This document shows positions 49,171-61,989 of a stretch of DNA of 64,000 bases, one piece after another. A program made the position numbers and the translations under genes. The notes under the pieces are model-generated. The model was given only the letters and a program-made list of their open reading frames with translations. It did not search any database and was not told the DNA's origin. Source of the DNA: Albugo candida (lineage: Eukaryota); NCBI GenBank assembly GCA_040437565.1, contig JBDOQK010000034.1, positions 310,001 through 374,000 of the forward strand, read 5' to 3'. Positions within the stretch are counted from its first letter, which is position 1. Every line of letters starts with the position of its first letter.

Positions 49171-50775
49171 GTCATTTTGGATTGGTCATAGAACTTTGTA
49201 TACAATTTTGCAAGACGAAGCTACCTCATCCATGGCGTGCTATGAATTGTTCAAAACACGTTAAATTATATATCCTAGCTTCGATTGAACCGCTTCACAT
49301 GTCTCACATGCTTATTCATTCTCATATACTTCTCTCTTACAAGTCTGCTATCTCTGGAAAAGATGCCTTGAAAAGCAGTGCGAGAGAAAGCCGAAAATAG
49401 CGCTTCGATCTCCGAAATAAAGAGACTTTCCTAGAAAAGGGATTGTTCTCTTGCAAGCAATTATATCTTGGCTCCTAAAATGATCATATTCTGTGGACAG
49501 AAGTGCAAATATTTATTTTTTGNNNNNNNNNNNNNNNNNNNNNNNNNNNNNNNNNNNNNNNNNNNNNNNNNNNNNNNNNNNNNNNNNNNNNNNNNNNNNN
49601 NNNNNNNNNNNNNNNNNNNNNNTTCACATGTCTCACATGCTTATTCATTCTCATATACTTCTCTCTTACAAGTCTGCTATCTCTGGAAAAGATGCCTTGA
49701 AAAGCAGTGCGAGAGAAAGCCGAAAATAGCGCTTCGATCTCCGAAATAAAGAGACTTTCCTAGAAAAGGGATTGTTCTCTTGCAAGCAATTATATCTTGG
49801 CTCCTAAAATGATCATATTCTGTGGACAGAAGTGCAAATATTTATTTTTTGGCAAGACCGATCGAATCTTGTCTTGTTGGGGCCATGGCAAAGGTCGGAT
49901 TATATCACGCTTATTTGTGAGAAGGCTACAGATGCTAGCAACTCCCTTTCATAGCACACGAGTAAAGCACTACGATTCGTGGAAATCAAGAATATTGTAG
50001 GCTCGATCTGATACAATCTGTGAACATGAAAGCGTTCGTAAATCCTGTATGAACATTACATACACCCGGGCAATTCAACACTAGTATCAAAATTTTGTAA
50101 GTGTTCCCATTGCCCTAAAAATATACTCATCTGCCATATTCAGTGAATAGTATCGATAGCGTAAAACTAAAGGTTAATGTCATTTTGGATTAGTCATAGA
50201 ACTTTGTATATGATTTTTTGATACGAAGCTACCTCATCCACCGCGTTGTATGAATTGTTTACGACACGTTCAAATATATAACGTAGCTTCGATTGAACAG
50301 GCTCATATGTCTCACGTACTTGTTCATTCTTTCGTAGTTCTCTCTTAATCGTCTCCCATCTCTGGAAAAAACGCCTCGCAAAGCAGTACGATAAAAGGTC
50401 AACGATTGTGTTTCGGTGTGAGGAACAAAAGGACTTTCCTAAAAACGGGATTGTTCTCTTGAAAGCAATTATGTCGTGACTCCTACAAATGATGGTATTT
50501 GCCGGACACAAGTGCCAATTTCTATTTTTTAAAGAGTCAACAGTTTCGCTTGTTTTGTTGGTGCCTCTGAATAGGTCGCATTATATACCACTTTTTTGCG
50601 AGAAGGCCACAGTTGCTAGCAACTCCGTTTCATAGAACACGAGTAAAGCACTACCGATTCGTTTACATCAAGACAATCATAGGCTCGATCTGGTACAATC
50701 TGTGAACATGAGAGCTTTCGTAAATTCCGCATGGAGACTAACTAAACCCGGGACATTACACACTAGTATCAAACT
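49171..50775 (-). repeat. Right part of the ~0.68-kb tandem repeat array (about 2 units), cut by the Copia LTR
   Basis: Marker CACTAGT(A/C)TCAAA at 36998, 50079 and 50761 gives periods of ~683 bp (after removing Gypsy and the 329-nt gap overlap) and 682 bp. Confidence 0.82.
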
Positions 50776-53700
50776 TGTTGTAAGATCATGTGCATTGCGT
50801 GCACAGTTACCACCACCGTGAAGAGACAGTGGCTTTAACGACCGTGAAGGTTTGCAAAAAGGAACAGAGCGATAGCGAGGAGTCGCGTCAGAAAACCGGA
50901 TTTACTGCGAAGGGTCGCGGTGGGGACATGCAGTAACTCCTTCTAACTACATTTAATACATTTATCCTCCATTCTACTATGTTGTTAACTCTGGCAGCCC
51001 TTACTGTTTGCCAACAGATAATGAGCCCAATTCGAAGATTTGGTAAAGAGAGACTTGATGATAGCACGACAACACCTAGTCCACCCAAGTAGGACGGTTC
51101 ACGGAAGGGACCAAGAAAGGGGATCATGATTGAAGGACGAGGCATATGATAGATAGAGCATGCCGAATAAAAGAGTGAAGATATAGCGTCGCCAGTGGAC
51201 CAAGTGGCAGCTCTTGCGAGAATGCTCAAGATCCTGGAGAAGATCAACAGCCGTGTCGGTCAAATCGAGCCTCGGCAGAGCAGTAAGCAAGTCTCACCAT
51301 AGGATTTAAGCAGTGGGGTTTGAATTCCTCGAAGCGATCGAGATGGCCGAGATTCAGAGTCAGTTTGCGTGGGGAGAACACCTTACAGGGAACAAGCTAG
51401 GAGAATACATGGCGCCAAACAGTGTGACTGCAGCGTACTATAAGCCAGCGTGAGGACATGACGGGCGGTCAGCTGACGTTGTACCATGCAAGCGACCAGC
51501 TATATCAGCCCTTCAAGGTGACAATTACGCATCAACAGGCCACTGCATTGTTTGTGAGTGAAAAAGAAAAGTCACTTTCTTGGAACCAGCAGCTCTTATA
51601 CCTGATCGCATTGTGTCAAGAGAGAAAGTAACACGAACGGCTCGTCGTGGAAAATATTGCCAAGTACGCAGTGCCGCACCTCAAAATTACGATGATTGTG
51701 CGATACCAACCGAGTCGCACGGACTACCTGACACACGCAAAAGAACTCATCGCATGGGCGCAAGAGATTGTGGACGATGGAAAAGGGGTTAAGAAAATGG
51801 TAAAAGGCATAGTCAGTGCAAAGGGACATGACAAGGTTCAAGGTCACTCCCAAGGTGAAGACCGAAAGTGTTTCAACTGCCGCAAGCGAAGAAATTTGGC
51901 GAGAAGATGCCACCGACCAAAAAAAGACGATGGCCGCGGTGAAGGTAATTCTGTATCGCCTGCATGTAAGAACCCGGAGCACCTGCGAACGAAGGAGTCA
52001 ACACCTCGCTACTTACTTGACTTTGCTGAAGGGGATTTGAATATGTGGGTGGTTGACAGTTAGCCAAGCAGACATCTCGTCCTAGACTTTGAATTATTTC
52101 ACGATGCCATGGAATGTGATGAAAATGATGAAATTATATTGCCTGACGGAGGTGTACTCAAGGTGACCAAACGAGGATATGTGGTACTACAGTGTATTGG
52201 GAATGGTGTAAAGACCCGGATTACGCTTACCTAAGTATACTACGCGCCAAGTTGGCTAGGAACCTCATATCCATGGGCGAGTTTTTTGAAAAAGGGTGTT
52301 CACTGACTACGAAGGCGATGTGATGTGCATACAGTTAGGCAAAAATCCTCTTCTCGATTTCAGAACTGAGTATGGCGTATTTTATGGCAGATTTTGACAC
52401 CTGGTACGTCATAATGACGCCAAAACGACTTAATGAGATTGTAATGACGGCAGTTCAAGATACGGGACCGCTACAGATGTACAGAAGGAATCGCTGAACC
52501 ATTTTTATCTTCGCCTCGGACTCAAAGCTTACGATATCGTGGAGCGTATGGCCAATATCCGGATTACGGTATTGAACTTACTGGTCACGTGCGTGCAAAC
52601 TGTCCCAAGTGCACTGAACCGAAGGGCACCAGAGCTAAGCAGCCAAAAAAAGACTCGGGTGCGAATACCTCAGCGGAACGCTTGGGGGGGGGGTGATCTT
52701 AATTGATCTTAAGGACCGATCACCCATAAAGATCGTCGTGGAACAGATATTTAGTCGTGTTCATCGACTACAAGTCAAACTATGTGCGCGTATTTGCGGC
52801 ACGGCAGAAAAATGCTGCGGCCAAGAAGGCGTGGTTTGAAAACGAATTTAATTGCCGCATCCACGTCCTGCGTACTGACGACGGAGGAGTGTATGAACTA
52901 GTCTGGCTCTTCTGTGAACAGACAGGTGTGCGACGTCAAGTAACAGAAACAGGTACACCACCTCTAACGAGAAAGCTGAACGCATGAATTGCACCGTCTT
53001 TGACATGGTGCGATTCATGATTTTTGGTTCAGGTCTACCGCTCACGTACTGGAGCGAAGCTGCAAAGTACGCTGCTTACATACTCAACAGGAGTCCAAGT
53101 CGAGCAAATTTGAAGCGTGCGTCGCCGACTGAAATACTCACCGCGCGAGCGCCGAGTTTACAGGGTATTTTTTTGTTCGGGTCCCCGTGTATGGTTTGGC
53201 GGGATCCCAAGAAGAAGACACTTGTGCACCATGCAGAATAAGCACGGATCCTGGGTATAAGCGAAGAAAAAAAGGATACAAGGTGTTGCTGCTCAAGGAT
53301 AAAGTCGTAACAGCAACTAGACACATCACCAACATCGAGACACTCGATGGTACGGCGAATGAACAAATTTAACAAGCGTTTGTTGATGAAAAAGGACAAG
53401 AGCCTAAACATGTAAACAAGACAGTGATGCGCAGCTGAAGGAGTCGCTGCCGTTAGGTCAAGGAGATCACAGCGCAAACGTTGGAAGTCAAGAAGACAAG
53501 CCGCGTCAGACGAGCATGGTAAAGGAAGGAGCATGGAGATGCGAGAAAAGGTAAGCTCATTCAACAGTTTATATCAAGGAGAAGGCACCAATGTGGGAGA
53601 ATTGAAAACGAGTGACGAAGAGTTGAAAGTGTCGGATCCAGTTCTTAAGGCGCTCGCAGTGCTGCCTGTGGAACAAGCACATGACAGAAAACTCGCGATA

Positions 53701-54760
53701 CCAGACCCAAAACATTATGGGGTAGCGCGTCGTAGACCTGACGGTGCCAGGTGGGCGATTGCTGAGCAAGAGAAACTTGCGTCAGTCGAGACAAACCAAA
53801 CGTGGACGGTGATCAAACGTCCAAAGAACGGGAAGCCCATCCAAACCAAGTGGGTTTATAAAACCAAGATGAGGGCACGTGGGACTGTGGAAATATACAT
53901 GGTGATTCGCGACGACAAGCAAAGTTTTCGTGTGAATCACAATCTCACGTTCTCTACGGTGATGCCGATTGAAATTGTATTCGTCATTTTTACGTTTTCA
54001 CAGATGCGGGGGGGGGAGGGGNNNNNNNNNNNNNNNNNNNNNNNNNNNNNNNNNNNNNNNNNNNNNNNNNNNNNNNNNNNNNNNNNNNNNNNNNNNNNNN
54101 NNNNNNNNNNNNNNNNNNNNNGGGGGTTCGGATATGCATGATGACGTCCAAATGGCGTACCCGAAAGCTTTCACGGAGCCAGAGTACAAAATCCACTTGA
54201 GAATTCCCGATGGAATGACAATGACCCAAGAAACCCTGGACCAACTTGTCGTAACAGAACCTGATGAACTGGTGTTGAATCTAGGACGGAATCTTGATTG
54301 AATAAGACAGGTAGGAAGACTTTCGCATCAATTATTGTGCGACACGCTGCTTGATTTCGTACAATGCATTAATGACCCGTGCGTTCTTACAGGACCGACG
54401 AGGATACTATGACTATCGTTGGGGTCTACGCTGATGACCTGCTAATTACAGACACGACAGTAAACCGTATCGATCAATTATTTACTGACATGAAGGTGCT
54501 TGAGCTCAAGGATCTCGGTATTGTCAAGAAGTTTCTCAGAATGAGAATTGCGTGGACAAAAGAAGGAGGCTATTGTACCGACCAGAAGCAGACACGTGAA
54601 GAAGGGCTCTAGAAACATTATCTGGATGAATCAAACGCGGTACGATTACCGATATCTTAATTGCAAGTAATCGAAGAAGACAACGAGCTGCTTAAAGAAG
54701 AGGCTTTTAAATTGCATCGAGTACCGACTATCAAGGCTTTCAAGTCTATACAGTGCAAGA
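50776..54760 (+). mobile_element. Decayed Ty1/Copia LTR retrotransposon, 3'-truncated
   Basis: 5' LTR TGTTG...CAACA (50776-51016), then PBS-like GATAATGAGCCCA. Internal motifs: knuckle CFNCRKRRNLARRC, protease WVVDS, integrase FIDYKSNY...LRTDDGGVY and YWSEAAKYAAYILNR, RT TKWVYKTK, DVQMAY, VGVYADDLL. No 3' LTR seen. Confidence 0.88.
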
Positions 54761-54970
54761 CACTTATGATCAAACCATAAATTGCATGGACAAGAAGTCC
54801 TACTAACCCAGAAAAAAAACATAGAGAAAAATTCTCTTCATATACTGAAAGCACAATGACTTGGCTTTCTTACAATGGAGCCCGATTTTTTGTAGTAGTG
54901 GGAGGTTGAAGTTTGGCGAATTTTGCTGATTTTGCATGGAGAGATGGAAATTTGGCCGCATTTGATTATA

Positions 54971-57900
54971 AGAAGCTGCTATCCGGTCACCCCCCTTTCC
55001 TCGCATATATTTCTATATTTTGTTAAACACCCCTCCTATAATCAAATATTAGTCAATACCATGTGATGTTTTGGTTTGTTTATGTGTTGAGTTCGACGTT
55101 TCAGTTTTGGTAAAAGGAGATGCGTTGACAAGAATATCAATCGACGTATAATTTAAATAATAAAATGCTATGACTGCTGAATCTACCTTTGATTTACTGA
55201 TTGGTTTGAAAAGGTGTGTAATGAATGGGAAAGGTTATCAATAAATTAAGAGCGACGGATAAAATTCTCCAAAGCCTGTATACTCCTAATTCCCACCTGC
55301 TCATAACTATCTACTCAATTTCATTTCAAGGCTCCCAGCTGGGTCAACATTTCCGCGCGGAATTCTTGGGCAAGCGGGACATCGTCAACGTAATCGCTAT
55401 CAATTTCAATAGCCTGAAAAAAAAACGCGGTAAGAAGGAATTGTAAACGAATCATTGTGGCTCACCTAAACGGGGGGATAAGTCTGAAAAAACGGCAGAT
55501 GTCAGTTAGGATCAGTTAGAAAGTATCAAAGGTATCTTGAGACAAACCCGCATGCTTGAATGCTGTTGACTTACATTGCGTTGCTTCAGATTTTTCTGAT
55601 AACGGCAGATTACTCCGCAAGCAATGGGCAGGTGGACCTGTAGTGTCCTTCATCCTTGCAATGCATCTCGTGATAGACTTATCTTGATCGCAGCCGGCCA
55701 AAATATTAGTAGCAAGTGGAACTACAGTCAACTTTTGTGTTCGCTGTATTTCGGACCAAGTACTTATGGAACTCGGGTGTCGATCGCTGACATTGATTAT
55801 TTCCTCCATATCTGTCAAAGCGAAGGCCGCATTTTCGCTTCTTGCGGCATTTTTCCTTTACTTACTCAAAAAGCGAAGGATCACGCCTTGTTGGCGAACG
55901 TTTTTTCGAGCCCAATGGCCGCCTACGTGTTCGCGCTACTACCGGATTGTTCATGACAAATGCGTGCGAAGAATCTAATGCTGCAAGTGTGATTCGAGGC
56001 ATGTCCTGCTCGTATTCGTTGATCTCCTTGGACCGCGTTGCAAGCGACTCCACAATATGGTGTAAATTTCGCTTTTTCTGTGCATCTGGAGGCGTTGATG
56101 GCTGGTGGAGCCACCAATGCAAATGGAAGTCTGAAAACACCAGAGACCTATTGTTTGCCATAGAATGTTGGCACGGGATTCTCATTGTTCCCACAAAGAT
56201 ATTACTACAATCCTCTATTCCATTGGGATCTATTGCCAGCTGGTATTACTTATTAGCCTGGCAAAAAAAGACATTCATTATCTGACTTAAGAGGACGTGT
56301 TAAGCCCACTGCATGCCTTGTTCGCATTCCTTGCCCATTGCATGTGATGAAATTTTAGAATGCGACGCTGCCCAGAATTTGGCTTCAAGTTCTAACCGAA
56401 GCTGCATCGGTTCAAGACCGATCTGTTGGCTGATTTCGCGTTGTTTGGCATCTCCAGAGAGGACAATCTTGCTGTACACTTCATCCAAGTCAAAGTTTGA
56501 AACAGCAATCCACTTTTTCAGAAATGCATGTCTCCCCTCTACACGCGACGTGACAGCGTGGCCAAAATGAAGGACATCTAAGGTCCAGGAGGTAGCAAAT
56601 TGTTCCTGTACTTGTCAAGCCAAGTGCTCTTCAAGTATTTTGCCAATTGCAGCGGCAAGCTTGGCAGAAGGAATGCCCGTTGTTTTTGATAATATGCTTC
56701 TGTAGGTGCGTTGCAGAGAGTCATCCAATGGATCCATAACTTGTCGTACTCCTCTGTCTTGATAAAGTGCCGCTTCGCCTTTTCTTGCACATTCTTTCTT
56801 ATAGAAGAACAGCAGATCAGCACAGTAGCACTTGGGAATGCCATTTTTATACCTGCAATTAGCGCCAGTTCACGATCCACAACCGCAGTTATTTTGCCGG
56901 AACTGAGCAGACTCCCAAAGCAGTCCCGAAATTGACGCAGAGCCCATACGTAGTCTCTTTCGCTTACTTAGGAAAAGAAGGCGTAAGACAGCGATACTGT
57001 CTATCTTGTTGGCTTTTACCCAACAAAAAGCAGCAACCGCAGCTTACATCTATAATATCGGCCGTTGTTTATGCCTAACGCTGGTATTAACGCAAGCTAT
57101 ATCTGTTTGTCTTGTACGTTGAGTCTGTTATAGAGACCTATGTGCACAAAATGACAATGGAACTAAAAATTTGGTAAAGCACGCATAATTGTTGTAACAT
57201 TGAAGATTGTGCTACGCACTGCATTTGCCGTGGATCCCGCTGCAAGAGATACAGCCGTTTTCGGAGCAAAGAAGAAACAAATCAGCTCTCCACTATCGCA
57301 CTGGAGGAGCTTGTGGTAGATCTTTACCTTCTCAAAACGGTCGAAAGAGCCTCGGCTGGTCGTCGGCCGTTCAGTACTGAGGTACCTACCTAGAAAAGGC
57401 TGTTTAGAAACTTTGTCAAAGTAAATATTATGAGGCAGCTTGTGATCGCCATACCCTTTGCTTGGTATTGTACACATCTTTTCCAACCTGTAAGCAACAC
57501 TGGTCGTTTCGAAGAAGAGTCGCAAGAATTACGCGAGGTGTCGCCCCATCCTATGTCATTTTGTCCCTTGCACTTCTTGTTCGGGTTCTATGACTCGAAT
57601 TATTGCATATGGGGCAGGTTCTTCGACGTGATTGTGCCCGCTATGCCCGACAGGGAGGACTTCAAAATTCCAGACATAGAGGCATTCATCGGCGCTTATT
57701 GTTCTCTGGATGACAGCTTGCCACTTGCATTTTTCTATTGTTGACGTCCGACGAAGGCCCCTCCCTTCAACTTTGTGTACTCGTGCATCTGCACATTCCA
57801 ACAAGACCTTCCGTATTTCCGTGTTTGCCTTGTTTGTCTTTGCTATGCTGAATGGGNNNNNNNNNNNNNNNNNNNNNNNNNNNNNNNNNNNNNNNNNNNN

Positions 57901-58660
57901 NNNNNNNNNNNNNNNNNNNNNNNNNNNNNNNNNNNNNNNNNNNNNNNNNNNNNNNNTGGGGCAGGTTCTTCGACGTGATTGTGCCCGCTATGCCCGACAG
58001 GGAGGACTTCAAAATTCCAGACATAGAGGCATTCATCGGCGCTTATTGTTCTCTGGATGACAGCTTGCCACTTGCATTTTTCTATTGTTGACGTCCGACG
58101 AAGGCCCCTCCCTTCAACTTTGTGTACTCGTGCATCTGCACATTCCAACAAGACCTTCCGTATTTCCGTGTTTGCCTTGTTTGTCTTTGCTATGCTGAAT
58201 GGGCACTGCGAACCCATTCAGCATAGCAAAGGATTGTTTTTGGTGCAAGAAAATGTATCTACTGTTATTAACTGTTATGATATGCAACTCCTATGTATCC
58301 TTTACGCGTACAAACTACAACATATCGTACTCTTTCAAACAGCACGGTCATTCAATGACGTCATAGTAACGGACAGTCGCCCCTGGCTGAACTATTTTAG
58401 TGCCGCGTGGACCCAAAATCGACCATATTCCAACAAGAAGACGTTTCGGTGGAGAAGAGGCCGTGGCCATTTAGCACATATGTGTAGTATAGGGTAAGGG
58501 GTGCCCCGTTTAGGATGCCACGCAATCATATGTAATCTATTTAAACACCTAAATTGGGGGGGCGGGTTGTTATAAAATATATAAATATATGCGAGGAGAG
58601 GAGGGGATGTCCGGTTAGCAAATGCGGCGGGAGGGGGGGGGGGTCGGGATAGCAGCTGCC
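54971..58660 (-). mobile_element. Full-length decayed Mutator-like element (MULE)
   Basis: Termini AGAAGCTGCTATCCGG and CGGGATAGCAGCTGCC form TIRs, with degenerate 8-bp flanks TGATTATA/AAATTATA. The minus strand has FAR1-like GFAVPIQHSK and HSGHNH, then DSTYKTNRY, VDRELALIAG and HFGHAVTSRVEG. Confidence 0.85.
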
Positions 58661-58725
58661 AAATTATATCCTATCAATAAATATCTATACTGGACCCAAT
58701 GAGAGAGCGCAACATTACGGGTCTG

Positions 58726-60834
58726 TCAAACATATCCAATATCATGCTGCAAGGCAGTTAGGTCCATCAGGATGGAGTTCGGCACACGTCGGTGCGAACG
58801 GTGTTTCTTGACCGCATATTTTGCGGCTTTACCGCTTAATCGTTTGCGATAACCTTCCATGCATCGTCGTGCCTTTCGGTAGTGGTGACGTATCTCATCC
58901 AGAGTTACCGATTTTTATGCCTTCAAGATTATATCTTTCAATCCAACCCAGGAATAATTGCAATTCTTGCGAGCGTATCGTTTGGCAGCACCCAAAACTT
59001 CGTAATAAAATTAAGCTAGCAATGGGTAAAATACAATCATTTCGCCAGAACTCGCATTGAGTTTCTCCAGCATGCGCTTCTGTTGCAGGAAATCGGGCTG
59101 GTTCCGGTAATTTTTCATCCGTAGCAGTTTTGTAACATCGGAGGAGACTTTCCACGGCAGTCAAGTGTCTTTCCTGCACGCCAGACCGCGTTCCTCAAGA
59201 ATAATTTTGATGTCTTTGGGTTTCCACGAAGTTTTTCGTCTACATAATTCTTTCGGAAATTCATCTCCCGATGAAATCCATCGCCCCAGACTGTCGACCG
59301 CATGGGGGGGGCAGTTTCCACCAAGAATAAGGCTCATTCGATTTGCACGGAGAGCTTTGTCGGAAAAGGAAGCATGGCTTGTGGCCTTATCAAAGAGAAA
59401 GGGTGCTGGCATGTCTGAAAATTGAGCTTCAAATATAGGTATGACTCGATCGCGACTTGATTATACAGGTCCTTTGATTCCCATCAGCCATCGTGCTAGA
59501 CACCAGGGTGCATGATAACAGGTGCTTCTTCAGGCAGCGCAGGAAACCGAGCTCATTTTTCTTTATCCAATGCGAGACGTCTTGAAATTGGTCACAAGAA
59601 TTCTCTAACATGAATACTTCTTCCTTGAACTTTTTTACGCAATGACTGTTCACCATCCGGCGGCCAAAGGCGTTTCAAACCATCATTGGCGGAGAACATG
59701 CTTTCGTCATGGGTAATTAAAAGAAGTGGTAGAACGTTGGCTGATGGCCAAATTATTTCTCCTTCGCGATCTTCCGCTTGCGGTGGGATGATAGGTATCC
59801 GAGGTGCTAGCTCCTCTTTTTTGTCGAGAAATTCATGGCGGTTTTTAAGGACGTCTCCCCTTTCATGCCCATCAACATAGATTCCCTTTTGAACCTCACG
59901 GTACTTGATATTCAAGTCATTTAGCCAGCGCATCATTGTTCTCTCAGATATTGGTGGCGAAGGATCATAGCCCAATCTCACAAGGATCTTAGTATTCGTA
60001 GTTCTGTCAAAGCAGCGAGTTCTACCTTGAACTTGATTTCACGAAGGTACTGTTGCAAAGGAAGAATACAATCTTCATCATGAAGGAAGCTTCTTCGTTT
60101 GGCATGCTTTCCTTGCATCAATTCAGGAAGAGAACCATTCTTCGGGAAGGCCCAAGTACGAATAAATATTTCTTACTATAATTACTTTCCAGCTGCATCC
60201 GCGATAAGGGAGCTGGCGGCCATCCTTCTCCTTCCGCATTTTATCAAGGGAAAGTATGCAAGTATTGCAGAGGCACGCGCACACGCCGCATGCTTTTTCA
60301 TTTTCCCTTCTGTGCCGGGTTGGTGATTTTTTTTTCTCAATTACCATGCTGAGAGCCACGTCTGACCACAAACCGCTATGTACATCGCCATTCTTATCGC
60401 TGTGAGCTTTATCATCCGCTTCGCTTGCCGCATCAATTTCATCCGCTCCAACAACTTCCATAGCCGTTGCCTTCGGCAGCGAGTACGATGTCAATGGTTC
60501 CGAGCCTGCTTCAGAATTCTTCAGCATCGAGTTCTTGCGCCTGCGTGTATGCAACGAGTTCCAATAAAGCGTATGGGGAGACTGCCGTTGACCAGAATTA
60601 GAATAACAGCTCTTTCTATGTTGCTAATGACTATGTCAGCATCTTCGACGCCATTTTCTTTTTCGTTTTTACTGTCAAATTCACTAGCTGTTTGAGAATG
60701 ATAATTGCTGTTCAGGCAAATCGTTTTACCATTTCGTCCATGACCCTTCTCATCTGCTCCAAGTTTTTCGCTCTTATTTTCCGTAGCTGCCTTTCTGCAC
60801 GTTAGTGCTTCGTTTGCTTTATAAGACGTGGCAT
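58726..60834 (-). mobile_element. Near-complete but disrupted Tc1/mariner-superfamily transposase (third copy of the family)
   Basis: Motifs ISERTMMRWL, KGIYVDGHERGDV, LITHDESMFSANDG, GRSIHVREFL, FLFDKATSH, IILEERGL and HRSHRRVPNS. Confidence 0.82.
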
Positions 60835-60984
60835 GGTTGATTTAGAGTGTCGGACTTTGACATTTATTTTACTGATGACAATCCCAAGAATTCACCACTT
60901 ATGTCCATTATGGTTATTTTTCGTGAGTTTTGGTCCCAATTTGAAGTCCTGAAAAAAATCTATAAATAGATTTATTATAATCTA

Positions 60985-61947
60985 GGGTGCTGCTATCCGG
61001 ACACCTCTCTCTGCTAACAGGACACCCACATCTGCTAACGGGACACCCCCCTCTGCTAACGGGACACCCCCTTCTCACATATGTTTTATATATTTCAATA
61101 ACCCCCCCTATTTAGGTCAATAAATAGATTACATATTATTGCGCGACACATCGTGAACGGAAACCCCTTAGCCTATACTACACATATGTGCTACATGACC
61201 ACGGCCTCTTCTCCACCGTAACGTCTTCTTGTTGGAAAATGGTCGATTTGTGTGCCACGCGCCATTGAAATAGTTCAACCAGGGGCGACTGTCCGTTACT
61301 ATGACGTCATTAAACGTTCGTTCTTTTTGAAATAGTGCGCGATGTTATAAGCCAACAGAATTCATGCATGCGGGGTTGTCTTAAGATTCCTTTGATACTT
61401 TCTAACCGACATCTGCAAGTTTTTTCACACTTATCCCATCACAATGACAATTACCAATAGCGAAAAAAATGCGAAAGTGCAAGAAAAGGGCGTTAAGGTA
61501 AGCCACAATGACGTGTATGATTTCTTCGTACCGAATTTTTGAGCTTTTGGGTTGATAGCGATTCCACCGACGATGTCCCACTTGCCAAGAATTCCGTGCG
61601 GAAATGTTGGCCCAGCTGAGAGCCTTGAAATGAAATTGAGGAGATAGTTATGAGCAGGTGGGAATTAGGAGTATACAGGCTATGGAGAATTTGATCCGTC
61701 GCTCTTCTTTTAATGATAACCTTTCCCATTCATTCAAAACCTTTAAAACCAATCAGTAATTCAACGATAGATTCAGCAGTCATAGCATTTTATTGATCAA
61801 ATTATGCGTCGATCGGAATCCTTGTCAACGCATCTCCCTTTGCCAAAACGGAAACGCCAAACACAGCACATGAACAAAGCAAAACATCAAAAGGTATTGA
61901 CTCATATTTGAATATGGGAGGCGGGGGGTGTCCGGATAGCAGCTCCC
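60985..61947 (+). mobile_element. Non-autonomous internal-deletion derivative (MITE-like, 963 bp) of the MULE family at 54971-58660
   Basis: TIRs GGG(T/A)GCTGCTATCCGGACACC; perfect 8-bp TSD ATAATCTA (60977-60984 and 61948-61955). 60985-61345 is an inverted match to 58320-58660, and 61345-61947 is an inverted match to 54971-55580. Four ~20-bp subterminal repeats CTGCTAAC(A/G)GGACACCC. Confidence 0.88.
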
Positions 61948-61989
61948 ATAATCTATTGTATTTGACTGCACAAAAAAGGGTATGGTTAT

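Noticed and set aside
49294..58203. Local direct duplications at 49294/49623 and 57610/57957
   Set aside because: Each pair flanks a 100-N gap; both are unmerged overlaps.
60990..61070. CRISPR-like short repeat array
   Set aside because: Contiguous ~20-bp subterminal repeats with no unique spacers, no cas genes and a eukaryotic context.
58320..61350. ~340-bp inverted repeats that look like TIRs of the Tc1/mariner-like transposase
   Set aside because: They are the inward-facing ends of two MULE-family elements, each with its own TIR pair and flanking 8-bp repeat.
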